The notes under the pieces are model-generated. The model was not told the DNA's origin. It worked only from the letters and a program-made list of their open reading frames with translations, and did not search any database. The position numbers were made by a program, and so were the translations under genes. From NCBI GenBank assembly GCA_963790305.1, contig CAWBOC010000005.1, forward strand, positions 192,001 through 256,000: DNA of 64,000 bases. Direction: 5' to 3'. This DNA is from an uncultured Gemmatimonadaceae bacterium. Its GTDB lineage: Bacteria; Gemmatimonadota; Gemmatimonadetes; Gemmatimonadales; Gemmatimonadaceae. This document shows, one piece after another, positions 18,533-28,369 of the stretch (position 1 is the stretch's first letter; each line of letters begins with the position of its first letter).

Positions 18533-21361
18533 GTGATCACGCCACGCGCCCCGATCCGCGCACTCGTTGCGGTCGCCGCTCTCGCCCTATCCTCTGCGGC
18601 TGCCAGTGCCCAGCGCTCTGCACCACTCGACCTCGTGCTCGTCGGCGGCCGGGTGCTGGATCCGGAGACGCGTCTCGACGCTTCTCGGACCGTCGGGATC
18701 CGGGGCGGGCGCATCGCAGTCATCACCTCAGGCAGAACCGTTCCGACGGCACGCGACACCGTCGATGTGCGCGGACTCGTCGTGGCCCCCGGGTTCATCG
18801 ACCTCCATTCCCATGGGCAGGACTCGGTCAACTACGCCTTTCTCGCCCGCGATGGTGTGACGACGGCGCTCGAGATGGAGCTCGGCACGTACCCCGTCGC
18901 GCCGTGGTATGCCCAACGCGAGGGCAAGGCGCTGATCAACTTCGGCGCGACCGTGGGCCACCCAGGGGCGAGACGAGCGATGCTCGACGGCGATTCCACC
19001 GCGGCGGGCGCCGACGTGATCGCAGCGGACGGACGATTCGTGCGCGAGCCCATTGCACCTGCGCGATTGTCCGAGCTCGATGGACGTCTGGCGGCGGGGA
19101 TACGCGACGGCGCGCTCGGCATCGGCATGGGCATCAACTACACGCCCGCCGCGACGCGCGAGGAGATCCGGCGCGCCTTCGTCGTGGCGGCGCGCCACAA
19201 CGTTCCGGTGTTCGTACACCTTCGCTCCGGCGGGCTGAGCGAGCCGGCCGGCGGCATCGCCGGCGTGCAGGAGGTCATCGCCAACGCCGCCGCAACCGGC
19301 GCGGCGCTGCACGTCGTGCACGTGACGAGCATGGGACTCAGCGCCACGCCCACGCTGCTCGAGCTCATCAACGGTGCTCGTGCCCGAAAGCTCGACGTCA
19401 CCACCGAGGCGTACCCGTACAACGCCGGCGCGACCTTTCTCCAGAGCGCGCTGTTCGAGCCGGGGTTCCAGGAAAGGATGGGAATCACGTACAGCGACAT
19501 CCTCTGGCCGGCAACCGGCGAGCGGCTCACCGCGGAGTCGTTCGCCAGGTATCGGAAGGAGGGTGGGCTGGCGGTCATCTTCATGATTCCCGATTCCGCC
19601 ATCGATCAGGCGTATCGCGACCCGGACGTGATGATCGCGAGCGACGGCGGCTTCGCGATCGTCAACGGTAAGGCGTTAGGCCATCCGCGAAGCGCCGGGA
19701 CGCACGCTCGGGTACTCGGCCGCTTTGTGCGGGAGCGCAAGCTCCTCTCGCTGATGGACGCAGTGCAGAAGATGACCCTGCTCCCGGCGCGCCGGCTCGA
19801 GGGCGTCGACCCCGACATGCGACGGAAAGGGCGCGTCCAGGTCGGTGCCGACGCCGACCTGACGATCTTCGATCCCGCTCGCGTGCTCAATGTCGCGACC
19901 TTTGAGAACCCGACGCAATACTCGGCGGGAATCGTCCACGTACTGGTGAACGGGACGTTCGTCGTTCGGGGCGAGCAGCTCGTGACGGGCGTTGCGCCAG
20001 GTCGCGGAGTGCGCGGATCTGGCGCCGCTCGGTCGGGCTCGGCGCCCGGCATGTCGTCACTCGCATTCACCCATGTCGCCGTCATCGATGGCACGAGCTC
20101 GAGTCCACGGCTCGACCAGACGGTCGTCGTTCGCGGCAACCGCATCGCGTCAGTTACGCCGTCGCGGTCGGCGCGAGTTCCCGCCGGCGCACGCGTCGTG
20201 GATGGACGGGGGAAGTTTCTCATCCCCGGATTGTGGGACATGCACGTCCACACTGCGATTGTCGGCGGACGTGACCTCCTCCCGCTGTACGTCGCGAACG
20301 GAGTCACCGGCGTGCGTGACATGGCGGGCGACTGGACGACGATCACCGCGTTTCGCGACGAGATGGCGCGCGGTGCACTGGTCGGCCCGCGCATCATCGC
20401 CTCCGGTCCCTACCTCGAGGGCGGCGACGTTCCCATTCCGCACATCCTCGCGCGGGATCCCGACGAAGCACGGGTCGCCGTGGATTCGCTGGTCCGGTTA
20501 GGCGTCGACTTCGTGAAGGTGCACGGTCAACTCAAGCGCGAGACGTACTTCGCCATTGCGCGGCGCGCCCGCGAGCGCGGCATCGCGTTCGGCGGACACG
20601 TCCCATCGGTCGTCGGATCCGCCGCTGCTTCCGATTCCGGCCAGCGCAGCATCGAGCACCTTCTCGCCATCCCGGCACCGTGCACGCCGGCCGAGTCGAT
20701 CGCGCTCCAGCCGCGCTTCACGGTGCAGCGGGCGCTCGGTCGATGCTCGTCGGAGAACCTTGCGTCACTCTACGCGCGGTTCGTGCGAAACAACACGTGG
20801 GTCACTCCGACGTTCGTCGCGCAGTACGAGGTCGCGGCGTGGCCGCAGCGTGCGGTGCCGGGTGATTCGCTCGCGCACTATCTGCCTGACACGCTGCGAC
20901 GCTACGTCGCGTCGATCTTCCCGATGCCGGACAGCATTCCGGCGGGCGCGGACTCGGTCGGCCGGGCGATGTTCGAGAAGCGCCTCGCTCAGGTCGCGAC
21001 CATGCGCCGAGCCGGCGTCCGGATCCTCACCGGCACCGACGCGCCGCTGCGCAACAGCCCGCCCGGCTTCGGGCTGCACGAGGAATTTGTTTTGCTGTCG
21101 CGCGGAGGTCTTTCGCCGTTCGAGATCATTCGCGCCGCGACGCTCGAGCCTGCTCGCTTTCTCGGGATGCTCGACTCGGCCGGCACTATTGCGGCCGGCA
21201 AGCTCGCGGACCTGGTTCTCCTCGACGCGAATCCGCTTCGCGATATTCGCAACACGCGGCGCATCGCCGCGGTCGTCGCGAATGGCGAGCTGTATGAGGC
21301 GAGTGACCGGGAAAGACTTCTGAGGAGCGCGCAATGTCATCATGGCGCCGCTTGCGACTAG
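18533..21361 (+). CDS. Secreted tandem amidohydrolase (D-aminoacylase-like domain fused to a second amidohydrolase domain)
   Basis: Domain 1: PGFIDLHSH, ASDG, HPRSAG. Domain 2: PGLWDMHVH, GTDA, GKLADLVLLDANP. One 942-aa frame. Confidence 0.88.
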   Translation: MITPRAPIRALVAVAALALSSAAASAQRSAPLDLVLVGGRVLDPETRLDASRTVGIRGGRIAVITSGRTVPTARDTVDVRGLVVAPGFIDLHSHGQDSVNYAFLARDGVTTALEMELGTYPVAPWYAQREGKALINFGATVGHPGARRAMLDGDSTAAGADVIAADGRFVREPIAPARLSELDGRLAAGIRDGALGIGMGINYTPAATREEIRRAFVVAARHNVPVFVHLRSGGLSEPAGGIAGVQEVIANAAATGAALHVVHVTSMGLSATPTLLELINGARARKLDVTTEAYPYNAGATFLQSALFEPGFQERMGITYSDILWPATGERLTAESFARYRKEGGLAVIFMIPDSAIDQAYRDPDVMIASDGGFAIVNGKALGHPRSAGTHARVLGRFVRERKLLSLMDAVQKMTLLPARRLEGVDPDMRRKGRVQVGADADLTIFDPARVLNVATFENPTQYSAGIVHVLVNGTFVVRGEQLVTGVAPGRGVRGSGAARSGSAPGMSSLAFTHVAVIDGTSSSPRLDQTVVVRGNRIASVTPSRSARVPAGARVVDGRGKFLIPGLWDMHVHTAIVGGRDLLPLYVANGVTGVRDMAGDWTTITAFRDEMARGALVGPRIIASGPYLEGGDVPIPHILARDPDEARVAVDSLVRLGVDFVKVHGQLKRETYFAIARRARERGIAFGGHVPSVVGSAAASDSGQRSIEHLLAIPAPCTPAESIALQPRFTVQRALGRCSSENLASLYARFVRNNTWVTPTFVAQYEVAAWPQRAVPGDSLAHYLPDTLRRYVASIFPMPDSIPAGADSVGRAMFEKRLAQVATMRRAGVRILTGTDAPLRNSPPGFGLHEEFVLLSRGGLSPFEIIRAATLEPARFLGMLDSAGTIAAGKLADLVLLDANPLRDIRNTRRIAAVVANGELYEASDRERLLRSAQCHHGAACD

Positions 21362-21575
21362 CGAGGCTTGCCATCGGGATGATCTGATGGCGACGGAGAG
21401 ACCGCTGGGCTGAGATTACCCGGTCCGAATCGAGATCGAGCGCGTGCGTCCTGCGCTCACGTTCGCGGCACCTCGCCACTCCTGGCCGGTTGTGTCCGCC
21501 CGCCGGGGGCTGCATGTTCGCTCGCCCGCGCCGGGGCTCCGGCGAGCCGGTGAGCGAACCTCAGTCTCTCCGCCA

Positions 21576-23051
21576 ATGCACACCCCGACGACCGCGCCGG
21601 AAGCCCGCTCGGGCCTCGACCCGTGGACCCGCGCCGACCTCCCGGCCCCGCCCGTGCCGAAGGGGCTCTCCTGGATCGGTGTCGTCGGCCCCGGCGTCAT
21701 CGTCCTCGGCCTCTCGATCGGGAGCGGCGAGTTTCTCCTCGGGCCGACCGCGTTCGTCCGACACGGATTGACGCTCCTCTGGGTGACGACCGTCGCCGTC
21801 TTTCTTCAGACCGTGTTCAACATGGAAGCCGTACGCTATACGCTTGCCACCGGCGAGCCCGCGTTCACGGGCTTCATGCGGACGCGGCCCGGCTCCACCT
21901 TCTGGGCATGGGTCTACTCGATTCTCTACTTCCTCCAATCCGGCTGGCCGGCGTGGGCCGGCACCGCCGCGGGCGCGATCTTTTATCTCTTCGCCGGCCG
22001 ACTCGCCGCGCCCGAGGATCGTGACGCCGTCTACCTCATCGGTGTCGGCGCCTTCCTCCTGACGATCTGCGTCCTGCTCGTCGGCCGGCGGATCGAGCGC
22101 ACCCTCGAGCTCCTCAACTGGGTCATGATCGTCTGCATCCTCGGCGGATTCTTCGCGCTCGCGCTGCTCTTCGTTCCGGGGCACACCTGGCTCGCCGCCG
22201 GAGCGGGACTCGTCGGCTTCGACATCGACACGCGCCGCTTCGCGTTCATTCCTTCCGGCGCCGACTTCTTCCTCCTCGGAGCGTTCGCGGCGTACTCGGG
22301 GGCCGGCGGCGTCAACAACCTCACCCTCGCCAACTGGGCGCGCGACAAGGGCTACGGCATGGGCCAGGTCGCGGGCTATATCCCAGCCGCCGTCGGTGGA
22401 AAGAAGGTGCACCTCGCCCATACCGGCTTCTTCTTCGTGCCGACGTCGGAATCGATGGCGCGGTGGCGCGGATGGTGGCGTATCGTGCGCGCCGACCAGT
22501 GGGGAATCTTCTTCGCCGGCGCGCTGCTCGGGATGGTGCTTCCGGCGCTGCTGTACGTCACGTTCCTCTCCGCGGGAACCGACATTCGCGGACTCGGGAT
22601 TGCCGCGACCCTCGCCCAGAGCATTCGCGGCCAGGCTGGCGCATTCCTCGGCGGAGCGGTCGCGTTCCTCGGCGCGTGGATACTGTTCAAGACCCAGCTC
22701 GACATCACCGAGGGAATGACCCGCGCCATCACCGACATGGTGTGGACCGGCAGCTCGCGGATCCGCGCCCGGCGAGGCGGCGATGTCCGCCGCGTGTACT
22801 ACGGCGTCCTCGCCGCGATCGTGCTCTGGGGGATCATCGCCCTGCGACTCGCGCAGCCGATCGTCCTCCTCCAGCTCGGCGCCAACATGGCGGGGATCGT
22901 CTTCGTCGTCAGCGCGCTCCACATTCTCTACGTGAATACCCGGCTATTGTCGCCGGAGCTCAGGCCTCCTCTCTGGCGCCGGATCTCGCTCGTCGCGATG
23001 GCGCTCTTCTATGGAACGTTCGTGACGCTCTGGATCCGTAGTCTCGTGTGA
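21576..23051 (+). CDS. NRAMP-like (YcsG-type) membrane transporter
   Basis: GPGVIVLGLSIGSGEF, RYTLATGE, about 11 transmembrane segments; lacks the MntH DPGN motif. Confidence 0.8.
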   Translation: MHTPTTAPEARSGLDPWTRADLPAPPVPKGLSWIGVVGPGVIVLGLSIGSGEFLLGPTAFVRHGLTLLWVTTVAVFLQTVFNMEAVRYTLATGEPAFTGFMRTRPGSTFWAWVYSILYFLQSGWPAWAGTAAGAIFYLFAGRLAAPEDRDAVYLIGVGAFLLTICVLLVGRRIERTLELLNWVMIVCILGGFFALALLFVPGHTWLAAGAGLVGFDIDTRRFAFIPSGADFFLLGAFAAYSGAGGVNNLTLANWARDKGYGMGQVAGYIPAAVGGKKVHLAHTGFFFVPTSESMARWRGWWRIVRADQWGIFFAGALLGMVLPALLYVTFLSAGTDIRGLGIAATLAQSIRGQAGAFLGGAVAFLGAWILFKTQLDITEGMTRAITDMVWTGSSRIRARRGGDVRRVYYGVLAAIVLWGIIALRLAQPIVLLQLGANMAGIVFVVSALHILYVNTRLLSPELRPPLWRRISLVAMALFYGTFVTLWIRSLV

Positions 23052-24172
23052 CCGCGCCCCACCGCTCCGATTCCGCCGCACCGGCGACACCGCTCGCTCT
23101 GCGCAACGTCGCACAGTACGAGGAGGCGGCGCGCGCGCTGCTGACTCCGGCGGTCTACGATTATTACGCGGGCGGCGCCGAGGATGAGCTGACGCTGCGG
23201 TGGAACGAGGCGGCGTTCCGGCAGTTCGCTCTGCGCCCGCGAGTGCTCGTCGACGTAAGCCGGATCGACCCGTCGGTCGAGCTGTTAGGCGATCGACTCG
23301 CGTTTCCGGTGCTGCTCGCCCCAACCGCCTTCCAGCGTCTCGCGCACCCTGACGGCGAGCTCGCGACGGCGCGCGCCGCGGCGGCGGCAGGAACGGTGTT
23401 CGTCTCGAGCACTCTGTCGACGTTCACGATCGAGGAGATCGCGGCGGCGACCCAGCGGCTCTGGCTCCAGCTCTACGTCTTCCGCGATCGAGCCATAACC
23501 CGGTCGCTGGTCGAACGCGCCGAAGCTGCCGGCTGCCAAGCGATCTCGCTGACGGTGACGGTGCCGGTTCAGGGAAACCGCGAGCGCGACGCGCACAACC
23601 GTTTCGCGCTTCCTCCGGGGATCGAGATCGCGAACTTCACCGGACTGCGTCAGTCGCGCCTTCCGGATGCAAATGCGTCGCGCCTCAATGCGTTCATCGA
23701 CGAGGAGTTCGATCCGTCGCTCTCCTGGAGGGACATCGAGTGGCTTCGCTCGATCACGAAGCTTCCGATCGTGCTGAAGGGGATCATGGCGCCGGAGGAT
23801 GGCGTGCTCGCGGTCGAGCACGGCGCCGCGGCGGTGGTCGTTTCGAACCACGGTGGACGCCAGCTCGACAGTGGCGAGCCGACGCTGTTCGCGCTGCCCC
23901 GGATCGCCGATGCGATTGGCGGTAGAATCCCTGTCCTGATGGACGGAGGAGTGCGCCGCGGGACCGACGTCGTGAAGGCGCTGTGCCTGGGCGCGACGGC
24001 AGTGATGATCGCACGACCCTATCTGTGGGGTCTCGCTATCGGCGGGCAGCGCGGGGTGGCGGATGTGCTCGGGTTGCTGCGCGCCGAGGTGGAGCGCACA
24101 CTTGCCTTGCTCGGCCGCCCGACGATCTCCGCGCTCGAGCGAAGCGCGATCGGACCGTCGCCGGACGCCTGA
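23048..24172 (+). CDS. FMN-dependent alpha-hydroxy-acid oxidase/dehydrogenase
   Basis: YDYYAGGA, WLQLY, VLKG, VSNHGGRQLD, DGGVRRGTDVVKAL. Confidence 0.94.
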   Translation: MTAPHRSDSAAPATPLALRNVAQYEEAARALLTPAVYDYYAGGAEDELTLRWNEAAFRQFALRPRVLVDVSRIDPSVELLGDRLAFPVLLAPTAFQRLAHPDGELATARAAAAAGTVFVSSTLSTFTIEEIAAATQRLWLQLYVFRDRAITRSLVERAEAAGCQAISLTVTVPVQGNRERDAHNRFALPPGIEIANFTGLRQSRLPDANASRLNAFIDEEFDPSLSWRDIEWLRSITKLPIVLKGIMAPEDGVLAVEHGAAAVVVSNHGGRQLDSGEPTLFALPRIADAIGGRIPVLMDGGVRRGTDVVKALCLGATAVMIARPYLWGLAIGGQRGVADVLGLLRAEVERTLALLGRPTISALERSAIGPSPDA

Positions 24173-24700
24173 GGTCGACTCGGGCGCCCCGTCAGCGGGC
24201 GAGAGGGCAACCAAGTGGCGCTATGGCCCGACGGTCTCGCCATTCAAAGGCCGGAGTCCGACAAGCCCGAGGAGGTCGGCAACGGGTCCAAACTGGTTGC
24301 GGGACGCCCTTGGACCTGGGCGAGCTATGTCTCGCGTCCGACCATGACGATCTACCAGCCCAAGGGGCGAAATACCCGCGCTGCGATCCTGGTGTTGCCG
24401 GGTGGCGGATACCAGGCTGTGGCCATGGATCTCGAAGGTACGGAGATCTGCGACTGGATCACGAAGCAGGGCGTCACCTGCATCGTGTTGAAATACAGGG
24501 TTCCGCAAGCATGGCGTCACGACCGCGTCGAGCAGGCGCCGAAGATGCAGCTTCCGCTGCAGGACGCGCAGCGTGCGATCGGTTTGCTGCGACACCGGGC
24601 GGTCTTCGTACGGCATCGATCCCCACAAGATCGGCGTCATCGGCTTTTCGGCCGGCGGGCACCTTGCCGCGGCGGTGAGCAACGCGAGACGTGAATCTGA
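24173..24700 (+). pseudogene. Truncated alpha/beta hydrolase (esterase-like) fragment
   Basis: PTMTIY.P, LPGGGY, LQDAQRA, then a frameshift near 24600 into IDPHKIGVIGFSAGGHLA. No N-terminal signal, and the resemblance stops right after the GxSxG motif. Confidence 0.75.
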
Positions 24701-24772
24701 TTGCGTCGCCAATCTCCCTCGCCTAATATCGCCACCAACCCTCCGCGCTGCTCCTGACGCGCCGGTGTCTCC

Positions 24773-26083
24773 ATGAAACGCACAAAAGCGTTGACGACGA
24801 TTCAGATCGCTGGCCTCGCCGTTCTGCTCTCCTGCGCGGGAGAGCCGACGGCGCCCCTCTCTCCTCCGGTCCAACCGGAGATCCCGATCACAGGCAGTGC
24901 CGTGCCGGGAATGGCGTCATTCGACTCGTTCGTCACCGATTTCATGCGGAAGCTCGCCATTCCCGGTGGCGCGGTTGCCGTGATGCGCGACGGTAAGCTC
25001 ATCTACGCGCGCGGCTTTGGTTACGCCAATGTCGAGAACAAGACGCTGGTGCAGCCTGACGCGCTGTTCCGGATCGCCAGCGTGTCCAAGACGCTCACCG
25101 CCGCCGCCATCATGAAGCTCGTCGAGGAAGGCAAGCTCCAGCTCGAGGATCGGGTTGCGCCATTGATCGCGCACCTCGCCCCTGCGCCGGGAGCGACCGT
25201 CGATCCGCGGTGGGAGCAGATCACCATTCGGCATCTGCTCAACCACGCCGGAGGCTGGGATCGTAAGAAACCGAATGGCGGATTCGACCCGGTGGATCGG
25301 CCGGCGATCGCCGCCGCCGCGGTCGGCGCGCCCCCGCCTGCGTCGCCTGAAACGCTGATCCGCTACATGAAGGGGATGCCGCTCGACTTCAACCCGGGCG
25401 AAAAGTTCGCCTACTCGAATTTCGGGTACATCGTTCTCGGTCGCGTGATCGAACGTGTGAGCGGCATGCCGTACAAGGATTATGTGCGCACACGCGTGCT
25501 CGAGCCCGTGGGCGCCAATCGCACGCAGCAGGGCAGATCGCGCATGACCGACGCCCTCGCGGACGAAGTGAAGTACTACTCTCCCCCCAGTTGGAACGTC
25601 ACCGCACTCCCGGTGCCTTCCGTTTTCCCGGGAGAAGGGGTGGTGCCGTACCCCTATGGCGGATTCCACCTCGAAGCAGGTGAGGCAAGCGGCGCCTGGG
25701 TCTCGTCGACCATCGATCTGTTGCGAGTCGTGGGCGGTATCGATGGCCGCCCCAGTCGTCCGGACGTCCTCAGCGCTGCACTCATCGCCGAGATGACCGG
25801 CACCGGCCCTGCGGTATGTGCCAGTGGTGCGTGCTATTATGGAGCTGGCTGGTTCGTTCGTCCAACCCAGGGCAATGCGAACTGGTGGCACGGAGGATCG
25901 ATGCCCGGCGCGACCGCCATGCTCGTGCGCACGTATGACAACGTCGCGTGGATCGGGCTGTTCAACGGTCGCGTCGTCACGCCCACCGCCAACTCCGAGC
26001 CCGAGCTCGATGCGACGCTATGGAAAGCGTTCGCGGGAGTCACATCGTTTCCGGCGCACGACCTGTTCCCGACTTTCCGATGA
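24773..26083 (+). CDS. Serine hydrolase (beta-lactamase family) lipoprotein
   Basis: Lipobox LLSC; FRIASVSK, YSNFGY, WWHGGS. Confidence 0.9.
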   Translation: MKRTKALTTIQIAGLAVLLSCAGEPTAPLSPPVQPEIPITGSAVPGMASFDSFVTDFMRKLAIPGGAVAVMRDGKLIYARGFGYANVENKTLVQPDALFRIASVSKTLTAAAIMKLVEEGKLQLEDRVAPLIAHLAPAPGATVDPRWEQITIRHLLNHAGGWDRKKPNGGFDPVDRPAIAAAAVGAPPPASPETLIRYMKGMPLDFNPGEKFAYSNFGYIVLGRVIERVSGMPYKDYVRTRVLEPVGANRTQQGRSRMTDALADEVKYYSPPSWNVTALPVPSVFPGEGVVPYPYGGFHLEAGEASGAWVSSTIDLLRVVGGIDGRPSRPDVLSAALIAEMTGTGPAVCASGACYYGAGWFVRPTQGNANWWHGGSMPGATAMLVRTYDNVAWIGLFNGRVVTPTANSEPELDATLWKAFAGVTSFPAHDLFPTFR

Positions 26084-26133
26084 CAAAGACCGCAGAGGCT
26101 TAGCGCCGCCGTCCATGACCCGCGGCGAACATG

Positions 26134-26622
26134 TCAGTCACCGCGTCCGAGCAGTTCCCGCTTTTCGTCCTCGGTAAGTTCGGCCTCCGCCGAATGCCCA
26201 CTGTCGCCAGCGAGTTCTCGCCGTTCAGCCCGTCTGGCTACGGCCAGCGAACCAGCAGCGCAGACCGCGCCCGCCATGGCGAGGGGAGGGCCGAACACCA
26301 GGAACTCTCCCCACAAGGCCCCCCCTCGAAGGGCCGCGCCAACGACGAAGATCCCGGACAGCAGAAGGCCACTCGCGGCGCCCCACCCCGCAAAGCGCGA
26401 AAGAGACGTGCGATCAAGCCCACGACGGCGCTCCATTCCCACGAGGATCCCGGAGAATATGATGCCGGTAACAAAGCCGAGCGGAGCAAACAGGAGGGCA
26501 AACGGGAGGTCGGAGTAGAAACCGGGCACCCGCGCCAGCAGGATCCCCGCACCAAACCATGCCGCTCCCCACGTGAGGCCCATCCCGATTGCTGCGCGGA
26601 TGCGTCGTCCCCACTTCTTCAT
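26134..26622 (-). CDS. Hypothetical 4-TM membrane protein
   Basis: MKKWGRRIRAAIGMGLTWG with GGAGG RBS; four hydrophobic segments. Confidence 0.75.
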   Translation of the reverse strand: MKKWGRRIRAAIGMGLTWGAAWFGAGILLARVPGFYSDLPFALLFAPLGFVTGIIFSGILVGMERRRGLDRTSLSRFAGWGAASGLLLSGIFVVGAALRGGALWGEFLVFGPPLAMAGAVCAAGSLAVARRAERRELAGDSGHSAEAELTEDEKRELLGRGD

Positions 26623-26986
26623 GACTACCTCCCGACGCTCAATCGGACGCGCTTTCCCGCATGCTAACGATGGAAGGCCAAGTACTTTGTGATGTAGAGT
26701 ATGCCTCGGCGAGGCGGAGGTCAAGAGCGTCCTAGACCGAGCATGACGAGGCCGTGGGTGTCAGAACGCAAGCCCGTCGCGATCAACGCCGCAGCAGGGT
26801 CGATGAGTAGGTGAGTTCCGCGCTGCGGGGCGTAACGTGCGTCGCAGCTGAACTCGGGCGTTCGGCGGCAGGGGCACCGACCTCCGCTTATTTCCACACC
26901 GAACCGGACGAGCCGGACCACTACACTGCCGATCTTGGTCGGACTCTCACACTGAGTGGACCCGAAGGACAGGAGCAGGTCAGCCC

Positions 26987-27760
26987 ATGGGATGGGAGGC
27001 ACTCGAGCAGTGGGGTGACGACGTCGCTCGCATCGAACCGCTCGCTGGCGGCGTCGCCAACGACGTGTGGAGCGTGCGCGTCAACGGCCACGTTGCCGTC
27101 GGTCGTCTCGGGGCGAGGAGCGACGCTGATCTCGCGTGGGAAACCGAGCTCCTCCAACACCTCGACCGTGAAGGCCTGACCGTGCCGGTGCCGATCCCGA
27201 CCATGGACGGCCGGCTCTTCGCCGACGGTGTGGTGGTGATGACCTACGTGGAGGGCGGACCCCCCGAGACGGAGGCCGACTGGCGTCGCGTTGCCGACAC
27301 CCTCCGCCAGCTGCATCGGGTGACGCAGGGCTGGCCGCAGCGCCCCGGCTGGCGATCGTCAACCGACCTTCTAACCGCTGAGACCGGCACGAAGATCGAC
27401 CTCGGCGCGATGCCGCCTGAGAGCGTTGCTCGATGCCGGGCAGCGTGGGCGCGACTCGTCGGACGTCGGACGTGCGTCGTCCACGGCAACGCCACCAACC
27501 CTGGCAACGTCCGAATGACGGCAGATCGGGTCGCGCTGATCGACTGGGACGAGTCGCACGTCGACGCCCCCGACCTCGACCTGGTGCTGCCCCACAATGC
27601 CGCCGGTCTCGACGACGACGCGCACGACATCGCCGCGCAAGCATCGGCCGCATGGGAAGCCGCCGTCTGCTGGGACGACGAGTACGCGGTCAAGCGGCTC
27701 GCCGACGTTCGAGCTACCTCGCCAAGGCCTGACACCGGCGAAGGCGCGCAGGCCATCTAA
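26987..27760 (+). CDS. APH/choline kinase-like phosphotransferase family protein
   Basis: LAGGVANDVW, VMTYVEG, VHGN....N, LIDWDE. Confidence 0.82.
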   Translation: MGWEALEQWGDDVARIEPLAGGVANDVWSVRVNGHVAVGRLGARSDADLAWETELLQHLDREGLTVPVPIPTMDGRLFADGVVVMTYVEGGPPETEADWRRVADTLRQLHRVTQGWPQRPGWRSSTDLLTAETGTKIDLGAMPPESVARCRAAWARLVGRRTCVVHGNATNPGNVRMTADRVALIDWDESHVDAPDLDLVLPHNAAGLDDDAHDIAAQASAAWEAAVCWDDEYAVKRLADVRATSPRPDTGEGAQAI

Positions 27761-27811
27761 CGAGGACGCGAAGCGATTTGAGCCGACAATTTCCGGCTTT
27801 CTCGAAGCTCG

Positions 27812-27838
27812 TGTCGATTTTGACCGGTCTCGTTCGAC
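27812..27838 (+). promoter_or_regulatory. Putative ECF42-type sigma promoter (TGTCGA-N17-CGAC)
   Basis: Matches the ECF42 consensus TGTCGA/CG(A/T)C and lies upstream of a DGPF/YciI gene, the usual ECF42 target class. Confidence 0.6.
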
Positions 27839-27896
27839 GTGTTAGTGAGGCCGCCAAGGGCGCGGCACCCGTCACGAACCCGATCAGGAGAGAACA

Positions 27897-28304
27897 ATGC
27901 GTTTCATCGTCATGGCCATGGCGACGAAGGAATCGGAAACGGGCGTAATGCCGAAGCCCGAAGCGTTTGCCGCGATGCAGGAGTACAATGAAGACCTCGC
28001 GAAGAGAGGCATCCTCCTCGCCGCCGAGGGGCTCGCCCCAACCTCGAAGGGTGTGCGTGTGAAGTTCAGCGACGAAGAGCGCATCGTCATCGATGGTCCG
28101 TTCGCCGAGACGAAAGAGCTCGTTGCGGGCTTCTCGATCATTCAGGTGAAGTCGCTGGAAGAGGCGATCGAGCTGGTGAAGCGCACTCCGAATGTCTCTC
28201 CGAACGGCAAGGGCGAGGTCGAGATCCGCAAGCTGATGGACGTCGAGGATTTCGGTGAGGGCTTCACGCCGAACGCGGAAATCGCGAAAGTGAAGTTCAA
28301 GTAG
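27897..28304 (+). CDS. YciI/DGPF-family protein
   Basis: VIDGPFAETKELVAGF, KSLEEAIE, EVEIR; AGGAG RBS. Confidence 0.92.
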   Translation: MRFIVMAMATKESETGVMPKPEAFAAMQEYNEDLAKRGILLAAEGLAPTSKGVRVKFSDEERIVIDGPFAETKELVAGFSIIQVKSLEEAIELVKRTPNVSPNGKGEVEIRKLMDVEDFGEGFTPNAEIAKVKFK

Positions 28305-28369
28305 CCGCAGAAGGTCGCGCCCGCGGCGCGAAGGCTCGAAGGCCTGTTCCCACTCACCGGAAATGGCGC

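Noticed and set aside
21391..21450. Glycine or yybP-ykoY riboswitch upstream of the NRAMP-like gene (GGAGAGACC...CCGAA)
   Set aside because: Lacks the CTCTCAGG 3' strand of the glycine aptamer and the GGGGAGTAG core of yybP-ykoY.
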